DNA of 64,000 bases from Botryllus schlosseri (taxonomy: Eukaryota). The notes beneath the pieces are model-generated. The model was given only the letters and a program-made list of their open reading frames with translations, was not told the origin of the DNA and ran no database searches. Both the position numbers and the translations under genes were made by a program. Each line of letters begins with the position of its first letter. The first letter of the stretch is position 1. The stretch lies in NCBI GenBank assembly GCA_051294905.1, contig CM119381.1:25110001-25174000 (forward strand), in the 5' to 3' direction. Below, piece by piece: positions 1-12,700 of this stretch.

Positions 1-637
1 GTGACTGCATGTGGAGGCGGTACGTGGAGTGGCGCACGCAGGGGAGGCTATGGGTTTCGAGATTGAAATCACCTGGTTTCAAAATACCGATTCTGTCTCT
101 AATATTCATTTGCTCATTTGCAATTCAGCAATTCGCATTATACGATGTTGCGAGGCAATTTCCGTGGCTGAGCCTCGCATTTTCTAACTGGTCTTAGAAA
201 TAAAACAGCAGTCAAACCGATTTGCAGTATATATTCATTAAAATCTTTTTTGTTTTTTTCTGATAATCATGTTTCAAAGATTGTCTTCATGTTTTAATGT
301 ACTTTTATATATATAGCTTACTTTGAAATGCAATCAGGTAGATTTTAGCCGAACCACTGGCTAAAGTCAAACAGTTCAAAACTTGCGAATTGCTGGACGG
401 TGGCTGAAGCAACCCTGATTAATATCACTCTAGCAGCTGCGAGCTGCGCAATAATACACGTGAGTAATAATAGTCGGTCGCTTGTTTTTCAGTTGTCACA
501 CGATTTCTCCGAACGAATTCGTGGGTGCGCCTCGGACTTACACGTGCACACTGCACAATTACAGTAATCCTTTCCCCAGTTGTGCAAGGGTTTCAATATG
601 AATTCGACAAGTTCCAGACAATGAAAAGATTACGCAC

Positions 638-780
638 CGCTTACTGTTATAAAAGCCATGATGCAGATCGGCACCCAGCAAATAAAGTCCGTGATTATTA
701 TCCGAGTGACTTTATTCTGGACGGAACGAGACTTTATCTCCTTCGTGTTCCAACGTTCGACTCTTCTATACGTGGCTTTT
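638..780 (-). CDS. Gene A exon: ICL3-TM6
   Basis: TAG acceptor, GTGCGT donor, phase 2->1; KATYRRVERWNTKEIKSRSVQNKVTRIIITDFICWVPICIMAFITVS. Confidence 0.9.
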
Positions 781-3700
781 CTATTTCGAAAAGTGGAAAG
801 CAAATTCAGGGCCGAGAGGCTTCTATGGTGTGTATGACGGTGGTAATTACAAACGGGCACTTTTCGTATGAATCTATCTTGCGACGAACAAAGTAATGAA
901 GTCACGAAAGCGCCGTCGTTGAATATAACTCCATATGCACAATTTTACTAATGTTTTGATAATTAAGCTGCAGAATGAATATAGATACACTCTGAGTCCA
1001 CAAATCTTGAAGCCGTTTTGTCTCGCGGGCATATGGTGTTTTGCGATCCCATAGTTTGTAAAAGTAATAGGAACTTCCGTATTAGTAAGACTCATAGGCT
1101 AACCGTATTAGACTATAACAGTCGTTTACAGATTTCATGTCTATTTACTCACCTGAAAATCCCTATGTATCCGACCATGATGTATATGAAAGCACCGAAA
1201 TTGAGCAAAATCAGGAACAAAGAATACTCCCAGGAATAGCCGACTTCCTGAACGGGAAAAAATCGAGGAAGACACACACCGTGTTCCGAGTAATATCCGA
1301 AATACATTTCGGGGACGTTTGAACTGTTCAGTACAGCCTGGGCTTGCAGCATCGAATCCCACGTATATGAAGACCTATATACAAAGCAAACACACAAATC
1401 ATCATAGAATATCCATGTAGAGTAGATGTAGACCTACACGCGTTTTCAGATATTATCCAGCTCGTGTCGAAAGGGTTACGATAGTATATTGGATAAGTGC
1501 GGGATTAGATGATCGATAAAACTGGTCGAGACATATTTTAGGCGGACAAAGTAAGAGGGGTTTTGGGGGTTCTGAGGGGCGCTGATTCCGGATATGACCT
1601 TAGTTTTTTCATATTGGGTATTGTTTTGGAGATAACACATGGGGCTATTTTGACCGAAATCTTCCATATTTTCACGGTAAATGGATCGATAGAAAATCTG
1701 CTCAGTCGTACTATGAAGTTTAAAAATTCGATCTACTTGTTATTTATACACAGAGAAGACTCTTTTAGATCAAATCACAGCAACAGAACTATATTTAGGG
1801 GTATTAGATTTATCATAGTCACAGACTTTCACGGATCGTGCAATTGTGCATAAATAAACTCCAGTCATGTATATAAGTATTTACCTAGATACTCAAAAAA
1901 CGTGGTATTAATTCAATCAGTTTTACGTCAACCACCTATTGTAACTTGTAATAATCAGTTGGAAGATATTAATTTAAATTTATTTTAAAGTACAATTGTT
2001 TTTGTACGATTTTCGCCTGTAAGCAATCATCTCATCTACCCTGATATTTTTTGTTGTTGTTTTGATGTCTTGGTGGAACCTCTCCCCTTGCTAATCAATA
2101 AGATGGCTAGGAAATACATCAGGATGACTGAACAGGAAGTGAACTTCCATGCTCATGTTTGTTCCAAGTTTTCCATATGCAGATACAAATTTTCCGACCA
2201 ACTGTTTGTAGTTGGATGCTTTGTGATCATCTAAAAAGTTGTATTTACTACATCTTGAAAGAAATTCCATGCAGTTAACTCCTTACTAATACGAAATTGG
2301 AATCTTCCATCCGTATTCGAATCTAAAATCTATCAAATATTTAGGCTTCTCGTTTGATTGGGATCCTAGGTGTACCGACTTTGGGGACTCAGCAGAAAAT
2401 AATCCATGCCCAAGTCAAAAGAAATGAGACGCATATGAGTATTGTAGTTACGCTTTTCAAGGACAAATTTTATAGCTTCATAGTTCTCCTTAATCTTGAT
2501 AGAATGACGAATTGATACAGAAGTATATGTATTTCACTTGTGCAAAAGTACAATTTGTAGGCTTGACAAACTGCTTTTTTAACAAACAAATATTTCGCAT
2601 CAGGTCATATTAATATTGATAGAATGAGTGAGAACAACATGAGGGTTCTTCATAGTCAATTACTCTGGTCTACAAACTTCAAGAATATCTTTTTGCGCCA
2701 AAAATGCTAATAATAATAATTTAGGTCAATTTTAGGTTGCTAAATCCGATACTGTGCTCAGAATTTCTCTATGACATCAGATTTTTTCGGTATGAATTTT
2801 TCTCATTTTATAATCAAATTCCGGATTTCGTTAGTGACATTACGGCTAGCGTACAGCAGCAACACATCAAGTTCTGTCATTGAAATTATCTATTATGAAA
2901 CTTGGGTGGTGGTAGTACAGAATGAAAGAGTTTTCTGTGAACTCCAATCCAGTGGTTTTCTATCTTTTTTTCAATCAGGAGCTGTTTTCGACCCATAAAA
3001 CTACACTGGTCTACAAATTTCCAAACACTTTTGCCCAGAAAATTTTAATGGTTGATGAAGGCTAATTTTAGGTTGCTGAATCTGATTATGTGCTCAGAAT
3101 TTCTCTATCACGTCAAATTTTCTCGGTATGTATTTTTCTAATTTTCATAAACAATCAAATTTAGGCTTTCTTTAGTGACATTACGATGAGCGTACAACAG
3201 CATTAGATCAAATATTGTTATTGAAATCATTCGTAATGATGAAACCTGGGTTGTTACAGAACAGAATAACTGAGTTTTTTGTGAACTCCAATCCAGTGGT
3301 TTTCAATCTTTTTTTTCAATCAGGACCTCTTTTCGGTCCATAAAATTATATTTTTAGTCGCTAGCAGTTATCACCTTTATGTAACACTCTTCCGTCAAGA
3401 TTGTGATTGGTAGCGTCATTTAGTATCTGTCCTGCTGACTTAATCGATCATTGCATTCTGTGACAGTACGCTGCTCTTTCGTAAAACGTAAAAGTTCGCA
3501 AATTATAATATATTGCTAGTATATCATGTGGAAGAGAATTTTTCACTCGGGCACATGACTCAAATATGGGGCTATATAAGCTTGTTTTGAAACAGTAAGA
3601 CACATGATCTCTGTTTATCCAGGGGAAAAAGTGCTTATCACGATAACTTGGAAGAATTTATCATCATTTATCTCCGCCTGTACTTATCGTGCTAGTTTTT

Positions 3701-6700
3701 CTCTAGTTTCCATATATTGTGACATTTTATCGGAATCGATGAAAGCTGTTTCTGAACTGTTTTTCTTATGGTTTATTGCCATGATATAAAGGTCTTCTTC
3801 TTGCATTGTCAATTATAGACAACCATGAATTGAGACTGCTTGCTAACAGTTCAGCACGATACCTGAAGTGCATGTTCGTGGTACTTCACAATACAAATAA
3901 ATATACATCGGTTCTAGGATAGTCGATCCGTCTCGACATAGGACATACTGTGGCCTACACCAAATAAGATGTTTTATATGCTGGAACTGGGCAAGAGATG
4001 AGCATTGGTAAATTTCTTGTCATGTTACTGAATGGTTCCCGGGCTTTGTGTTTGTGTTTCGCATGAATAAACGCCAGTAACAAAAATCAAAAGCTTATAC
4101 ATTTTTTGCGGTTTCTGATTTGCCGTAATACTTTTTTATGAACCAAAGTAATTGATCGGCGTTGCTACTCAAGTAGAACAAGTAACGCGTTACATTTCTA
4201 CTCAATTACAAGTAGAAGTACTAATTTCCAAGACCTATCAAAAGTGGGCTACTTCAAGTGGAAGATGAAACGAAAGGTCTCCGAAGTACTAAAGTCAGTA
4301 AGTCCAAGTATATATGGTCGGGAGGGCGGTCGCATACTTTCAGCAGTTAGTCGGAGGCGGCTACATACGAAATCGCAAGATGTATCTTCTCGGCTAACGC
4401 AAAGTGTCTATAATGACACTACACAGTACACATTGGTAGAATATTCGGAAAGATATTCAGATACCATATGCTTCAGGGGCTATATCACGCAACGCGAAAG
4501 AGAATGAAACTCATGAGAGTGTGGCAATCTTTTCTCTAAACTACTTTCAAAATCCAGATTGCAAAAGTGAATAGTTTATCCAAAATACTGTTCAGGTAGA
4601 AGTGGAAGTAGTTTGGAGACATATCAACTTCAGCAAGTAGTGCAAGTATAAGTTTTATCTACTTGAGTACCCTGAAAAATTTGTAAAAATCGAAATATAT
4701 AGTATCTCCAAAACGTGACGTGATAGAACAAAAATAACGCCAGATTCGGATTCAGCGTCCCGAGTACTACAAAGTAGGTACAAATTATCCAAAGGAATAT
4801 TGGCGCAAAAATCGTGTAGACCAGTGTTATCTATTTATGCGCAGTATGAAATTAGAAACAATTACGATTTTCTTCCAATCAAGTGAATTATTCAAGCGTG
4901 AATACAGCAATTTTGGGCTCTTTTGGGGATAAAAGTATCTTCTGAACAAGAGTCAATCTGGCAAAAATAACGTTATCTTCGTAATCAGAACCTCGAAAAC
5001 CCCAGAAACGGATCTCACATATTCTGCCATTTTTTCCAATTTGTTGACCAGTGTAATGATTCATAACCAACGATCTCAACATAAATCTATCGCTGCACTA
5101 GCTTCACCGAAATAGCGAATATTGACCAAAAGTTCACATACGGCAGCACAGCTGCAACAACAGTGGGTATGGGTGTTTGCGTAAAGGACCTTTGCAGTCG
5201 AAAAATACGATGAATACAACAAAACCACCGATGGGTAGCGAGTTCGAGTCCGACGGAGTGTTGGAACTTTATTGAGGCTTCTCCTCGCCATGTAACTATT
5301 CAGGATCGAAACAGCACATCGTCGGCCCCCTCCAAACGTTGGTCTTTGGCCCCCATATGGTGACAAACCAAATTTCTGGGTAAGGGCTTCTCCTCCCAGA
5401 CCCCCCATAACGCTATAACTTTCTACCGTTACTTCTCAGCGAGATTTGTTGTAAAGTTTAGTGAGTCAGGTTGTATCGCCCAAAATTTCTACAATTCATG
5501 ATCGAAGATTGCATATATCTTGATATCATTTTTTATCGTATCTCTGCTCACGTAATCAGATTTACCGGCAGAGCTGAGTTAGGTGTCTTGGAAAATGTAG
5601 GGCCAGTAAATAATAATTAAAGATATTCGGGCGGACCGGTTGTTATAATGACTGCGTTACATGATGTTATTTCGTTACCTACTGTCTGCTGCGTCAAAAA
5701 TATTGAAATCGCCCAAATGTACTAAACAAAAAAGATGTACACTTGAAAACGTTGCATAAATTTGCGAAAAAATGCTCAGTAATTTATGTTAATTCACGAA
5801 ATAATTTTTGACCTCCTTCGAGATCGCCTCCCCCCGAATTGGGGAGTTTGGGGTGCGGCAGTTACAGTCTTGCATGTAATCCAACCATGTGTCTCGCAAA
5901 AAGCTTAGAATGAAAGTGGGCCTGCTACAAGTTGACAGTTTAGGAATCATGATGAGGAATATCGTCCAGATGTAAATGACCAATTGACCATAGTAGTCGG
6001 AACGTCATGAATACCAAAGCAACTTTGCTGATTACTCGTAACTATGGATCTTAAAATCATCAAGGCAGTTTCGGATATGACTCATTGACTCATGAAACAT
6101 TAAGCCTCATCGAAAAGAATTCCCAGATGTGAAAGAAAATGCCATACCCCACTGCTCTGCTGAAATTACTTTCGGGGCCAGTCAGCGCCACAAGCTTTTT
6201 CGTGAAAGCAGTCATATCCTTCTTACAGGCAACTCCGAAAAACGGATTGCTAGCAAACCTGGTAAGTATAAAAAGTCAACGCAGCCCACAAAAATGCGAC
6301 GCTAGTATCCGACTCACCAAACGCACGACTGAAAGTATTCCACGGCAGATGGCGCAAGTGGAACTGTGGCCAGAATAATCGAAACGACCCATGCAAACAT
6401 TATTGACGCGATAACGGTAGAGTATTTCTTCATGACAAGAGGCCTGAAACAGCATGAATACTAAACTGACGACACACAGCTAGAGATACACATCTTTACC
6501 GGTAGACTGCATGTAGTCTATGTGACGTCATTATGAGCAGAATGAAGACGGAAGTTTCGGTTCCTATGACAGCAATCACGCCCAAGCCTGCGCAGGTGGC
6601 ACTGCTCCGCCATGCCAAGTCTGCCTGGCAGTATTTCGTAACAGCGGCGTCTTTAATTCCGAGGGACAGCAGGTATATCTACCAAAGGATCAACGTAAAA

Positions 6701-9700
6701 CTTAGTGGTTGGACGGAATGCGCATGTACCCTAGGCTACGTCATGACATCACTGAACCGGATGAAACAAGAGGAAGAAAATATCGGTTAAAACGAGGTAA
6801 GAAATTAGGCTATTGGCACCCTTCTGTCATGTCCCTAATTCTGAAGTCTGCTAAGTCATGTTCATTAAGGTATTGACTCATACGTCTCAAACAAATATGC
6901 TACCGATACGTATATTGTAGAAGTGGTAAACCATTTAATTAATTTTTCACCCATATTACGTCAAAATTAGAATCAATTACCAGCCTTCTAAATTATGATT
7001 TGAATTCTGCATGTAAGTGTAGCATATCTTCTAGTGCGGGGAGGCGTACTGCGTCCCCGGTTCAGAGCCACTATATATGAAGCCTTCTAACTCTGTGTCT
7101 ATATCAGGGGTCACCAACACGCGACCCGCGAGATCATATTTTGCGGCCCGGAAGAACGCTTAGTAAAGCATTCTGTAATGCTGAAATAGATTTCATTTTA
7201 AAATATTGTTGTTGTTGTTGTTCAAAATAAGCTATTCTCCTGTGCCCAATATCATTATTCCTCACAAGGGAGCTTGATGGTAATGGCATGCCATAGAGGG
7301 GGAATTAGCTGATATTAATGGACATGGACATATGGGCATATTGACTTGACGTGCAACGACCCAGACACTGCCTAGACCGCGACGCTTAGAAAACGACTTG
7401 GGGCTTCCCCACAAGATTAGGCCTTACGAGGAGATAGATTTCCAGCTAGTTCCGTGTTTAGCTAACCCCAATATCGATGCTTTAGTCGCTGAAAAGTGTT
7501 GTCAAAGGAGAATCAATTGTATGATATATTTCCTGGCATCATACTCATATTACATGGTACAACACGTATAAAACATAAAGATAGCACGGATACGTGAAAT
7601 GCTCATTCATCATAAAATTTCAGGTTACCCCCATTAGAAGATCCGCAAATGCAAGGTTCAGGATCAGTGTTCGGTTTGTGAGGGTAACCTGGCATCGTTC
7701 GGCATTCTTTTTTCTAATCGATGAGATCTGGTGACAAATAACTGCCACATTTCCCAATGTTGATATAAATCCTGAAAAAGACGTTGAATAAAATTAAAGA
7801 AATGCTTTACGGCGACAGAAGAATAAAGTGATATGATACAGACAATAAATGAAGACTATACAATATACACATCCGCAATCGACGAAAATCGAATAGAAAG
7901 TTCGGGAGTGATTGGTCCGGTGTAATTCGGCAACGTAAGCTCTAATTACCTCGTTTACGGTCACTCTATTTTTGACAAGCTATGGAGGCTCAGTAAAACC
8001 AGGCTGCACAACGTTGGATGGCTATGGTTGCTCACATAGGTCGCGCCAGCGTGTCAAAATGAAAGCATGTACAATTGTACACTGTACAAATGCAGGTGCA
8101 GCTACTCAGTCTTGAAATTGGCTAGATAATTACGTTTCGGCGGTTTCGCCATTTGGTTCCCGAAATGCTAAAAATAACACAGCGTGGGACTATAAGCTTA
8201 CGTCTTAACGGTCTATAGGCTAGACCAGACAATGTATTCTAAGGCTTCGGACTACATTGCTACATTGATATAGATCGGAGTGAAATAACGGTGTCTATAG
8301 CCTTCTTCCTACGGATATTGCCTCGAAATTAAGTTATACAGTAGCCAACAGCCTGGGCGGATTGATTTGTTATGATAGAATAAACATATCAGATCAGGAT
8401 GGACCCCGTACGCCCAGCGCTAAAACAGCACTTCGTCAGCCTCCCCCTAACAAAAAAATTGCTATTCAGGATTGAAATTGGCCTATAATGTTGCTATTTA
8501 TTTGTCATCCTCTCTCAGTCCACGAGGTCATATTTTCTGGTAGAGCTGAGGGAGGTGGTGACTTCAGAAGCAAGCGCAGGACTGTTCTGCGCCTGCGGAA
8601 AATAATTGTTGTTGCGGGTCAAGCTCACAGCAGAGAATTGTGAAATATTCACGAACGGAAAGCTCAATATTCCGAGCTAATTTTTCTAACAATGCAAACA
8701 AAACTTTTGAAAAAGGCAAGATGTAGCCTATGCTCGCTTAGTGGTGGATTCCTGTTCGCTCTGCCCACACCATGAAGAGTGCGGGCCGAGGTTTAGATGG
8801 CAGGAGTTTCAACCAAAGATGTTGTATGGACGTGAACCAAATTGAAATATAAATGAAAAAGGTTCACAGGGCGAAACCGACCAAGGTTAGCTTGCGAAGG
8901 CGAACCTATAGATTTCCGAGGTTCACGCACCGAACGCGAACATGAACCTCACGTTCACACAATCCCTACTGATTTCACACATCGCCATATATCGATATCG
9001 GCATGTGACAACTTACCAAATATCCACAAAAATGCAGCAAGTATTCGCGAGGAAATCAGCTTTTCGTCGGAAGAAAATATATCCTGTATGCAACCATCAC
9101 ATTCATCTCTGGCGCCCATGCAATCGACATGTTTGTCACATTTCTAAATATAAGAAAGAACACCTGTTAGAAATGAAACATACATTATCGTCAGCTGGTG
9201 TAGGCCGGCAACGTGCAAGACTACAATTCATACATCATGATCTCCACCAACCTGGCTCATTGGGACGAACAGTGTTGATCCTTCGTCGTCACAGTAAAAA
9301 TGAGTGTCTCTCGAACAGTTCACCTCATCACTCATGTCATGGCATTCCTGGAAGTCAGAGGAATCTGATGGACATGGCATTTTCCATATATTTTTTTAAT
9401 TTCTAAAACAAATCCTTTATCGTTTCAGTGAATTCTATTTTGGTCATTTTCCGATTGAATATTTCCCGTATCAAGAGTTGAGAGCAGTGGCTTTTAACCG
9501 GTGTACCATTCCCTGAGGTTTCGCGCAAGACTTGGACAACTAGAAAATTTTCAGCTTTTCCAAATGAGATTAGAATTAGATTACTGTCATTTCGCTCTAA
9601 CTTAGTGAAATAAGACAAATACGATTATCTAGTTGTCCAGGTCTGGTTCCGCGGAGGTTACGAGGTGCGCTCAATTCATACATATGGTTTGTGACGATAC

Positions 9701-12700
9701 GCCCATCTTGGCCGGCATGGGTTGCAGGTAAGGCCAGTAGTGAAATTGTGATCGCTGTGGTGTTACGTCCCGTGAAGTGGTGTGCGTAATGAAGTTTGGG
9801 GTACCAAATCGAAACCATATCCATAGGAAATGACATTTCAATTTATCTATATAGTAATGTATTAGATGAGTAATTAGACGCTTAATGAAGTAGATTTTTG
9901 ATCTTATGACAGAAAATGAAAGGGTATTTCGCTATACACGGGAATTTACCCATTTGCAATTGTCTAGCATTTGCTTTCCGTATATATGAATAACTACATT
10001 TTGGTCCCTTTTTCCTGAAAATTGTGATCTGAGCGTTTGAATCTTCCACCTTCTCGGAGTTTGGCGTGAGTTTGGGAGTAACTTCTTACTAATGGTGACT
10101 AGAGGTACGACGCGACAGTGTCGTCGGAGACAATGAATATGTGACATGTATGAACACTGAGCATGCTCGACATTTGCTTTCGATAGCAATGTGCAGGATA
10201 ATACAATTATGTATTCATTTACTCCGCATTGCGTCTCGTACCGTATGTTTGACACGCCATATATAGTTGGACTGTGAAGTACATTTAGAAAAACAATCAC
10301 AATTGCTAAAATATATTGGAGAACAAATCAATGGAACGGAGGATGGTTAGGCCGGGCAGAGCGGTTAATCGTGCAAGTTATTAATGATATGGGGCTATAT
10401 TGACAACTCCAACTAAGAATATTTAGGATTAAAATTACAATATCAAATAAGTGAGTTTCAACCTTACCCCATTGGACCTTCCATCGTAATATAAAGGATT
10501 GGAGTCCTTGACACTCACAATTGGCAACACCTGGTGTTATAATCTACTTATTACTCACTATATGAAGATCACAGCGATGGTTCTTGGGTATATGGATAGG
10601 GAGAGTTGCACTCGCAAGGTCATTGCAATAAAACCTGAAAATAGACATGTTGTGCGATAAAACAGGATTCTGGTTATTGTAATGCGCAAGATGTAAGTCA
10701 CGAGGTATTTGCGATCTAAATAAAGGAGAGATCAAGTAAAAACGACCCGAAGTCTACTCCGGTTCATGTAATATTGACTAATGAAAAGAACAACCAATCA
10801 GAGCCAAGATAAAAGTGATACAACAGCTTATGCTGACAGGTTAAGCTTACCTTCCCGGACAATTCATTTCATCCTGTGAGGCTTCAGGATTTGTCTTGTT
10901 GCAGGTCGGGATGCCATCGCATATCTCCCCTCCTACCAGATAATAGTCTAATCCATCACATCTAAAATATTTGAACTTGTTTCAAACAGATGAGCTTTAG
11001 GTTGCGGATGTTATTTAAAAGCAGGGCCGAAACAGCACGTTAGCCCCAGCCCAAAAAAATACGTTGGTCTTGGGCCCCCATCAGGTGATAAAGCAAGCAT
11101 ATTCGGGTGGACCCGTTGGTATAATAACTTCGTTACAGGATGTTATTTCGTGACCTCTGTCTGTTATGATGACAAAAGATTTTGAATTTCGTGACCTCTG
11201 TCTGTTATGATGACAAAAGATTTTGAAATCGCCCAAACGTACTAAACTGAAAGACGCACGCGATTTCAAATTGGTATTTCTTCACAGATGATAAATAGTT
11301 TTTCTCTGTTTTGTGGGGTTCAGATTGCCAGGACAGGGGCATTCGGCGCCAGCCAAGGTTTTTGACCAAGGTTTTCTCGCTGCCGATCGTTCTGGCACAC
11401 TTCTCAGAGTCGCATGTTACATGGCTTGAAACTTCATACGTCATGGTGTGTCGTGGCGCGGTAATGACCGTTGCCCATTTCCATAAATCATGCGTATTTT
11501 TCTTGGGGTGGGGGAGGGGACCCAATAATCAAGATAAATGGCAACTTTAAATCGTGTAGCGCGAAAATTTGTAAAAGTTGCATCAGTATTAAAAAAAGTC
11601 TACAATTTATGGTAATTCACGAAATAATCTTGGGCTCCAATCGAGCTCCCCTCCCAACTAAGGGGTTCGGGGTTCGAAAGTTACGGTCCTGTTTAAATGA
11701 AGCAGTTATCGCAAGATACATAATGTTGGGATGATTAAGATGAACACTGCCGATTGACCACAAAAATGCAATTTGGGTGCACGACTCTGTAGTCCAGTGG
11801 TTCCCAACCTTTTTATCCTAATTCCCCACTTCCGATTTATTCGGAGCCTTCATTCCCACCTAAAATCTCTATATCCATATCTACCCTTTAAAGTGCTAGC
11901 TCCAATAATTTTGCCAGACTTTTCTTAGTAGTAGTTAAGATCCCCGGAATTGATCAGCACACAATAAAATTAACGCAGAAGTGAACTGGAAACCGTAAAC
12001 GCACCTCCGTAAATATATGTATCTACCCCGGCGCGCAGCCAACAGAAAAATAGGAGGGGTTGAAAACTTTCCAAATACCTACGTAAATGCCGAATAATAC
12101 ATGGGTCAGATAAACTTCTTGATGTTGACGATATATATATATATAAGCCGCCGTAAACTACGTTTTCGCACGATACTAAAATAACTTGAAATAACATATG
12201 TAATCTCATTGGTACCGAGTCAGGATGTGCTATCAATTAGCGAGTCCACGATCTCCCTTGAATACATGTTCAGCAATATGAGCTCTTATTACAACGAATC
12301 AGAATTTTTCCACCACTACGTTTCGTGACCCATGATGGTGCACAAATGAATAAAAACATTTCTGGAGGTCGCGTGTCGCTATCCAGGCGATTCTCGCTAA
12401 TTGGAGGCACTGATAATATGAATCGCTGAATTGCAAATGAGCTATGAAATATTCGGTCGGCATTTCAAAACGACATTTAATAAAGGAGAATATTACTGTA
12501 GAGATTTTTTCAAAAGTGAGTCAATATTTCCCACCAGAAATCCCGAAATTCCCCACCGTTTCGGAACCACTGCTGTAGTCTGTACCAATTCAGGGTATAT
12601 GAAACGGAGGAATATAGGAGAGGCAGTCATACTTTCCCTTGTTTTGGCAAAACGTGTAATTTTTGGGACAGTCTTCCCTCCTTGTATTCGAACCACATTC

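Noticed and set aside
9403-9836. ORFs between LDLa exons as possible LRR exons
   Set aside because: No LxxLxLxxN pattern, and exons 10559 and 9347 join exactly to form CDLHIEC
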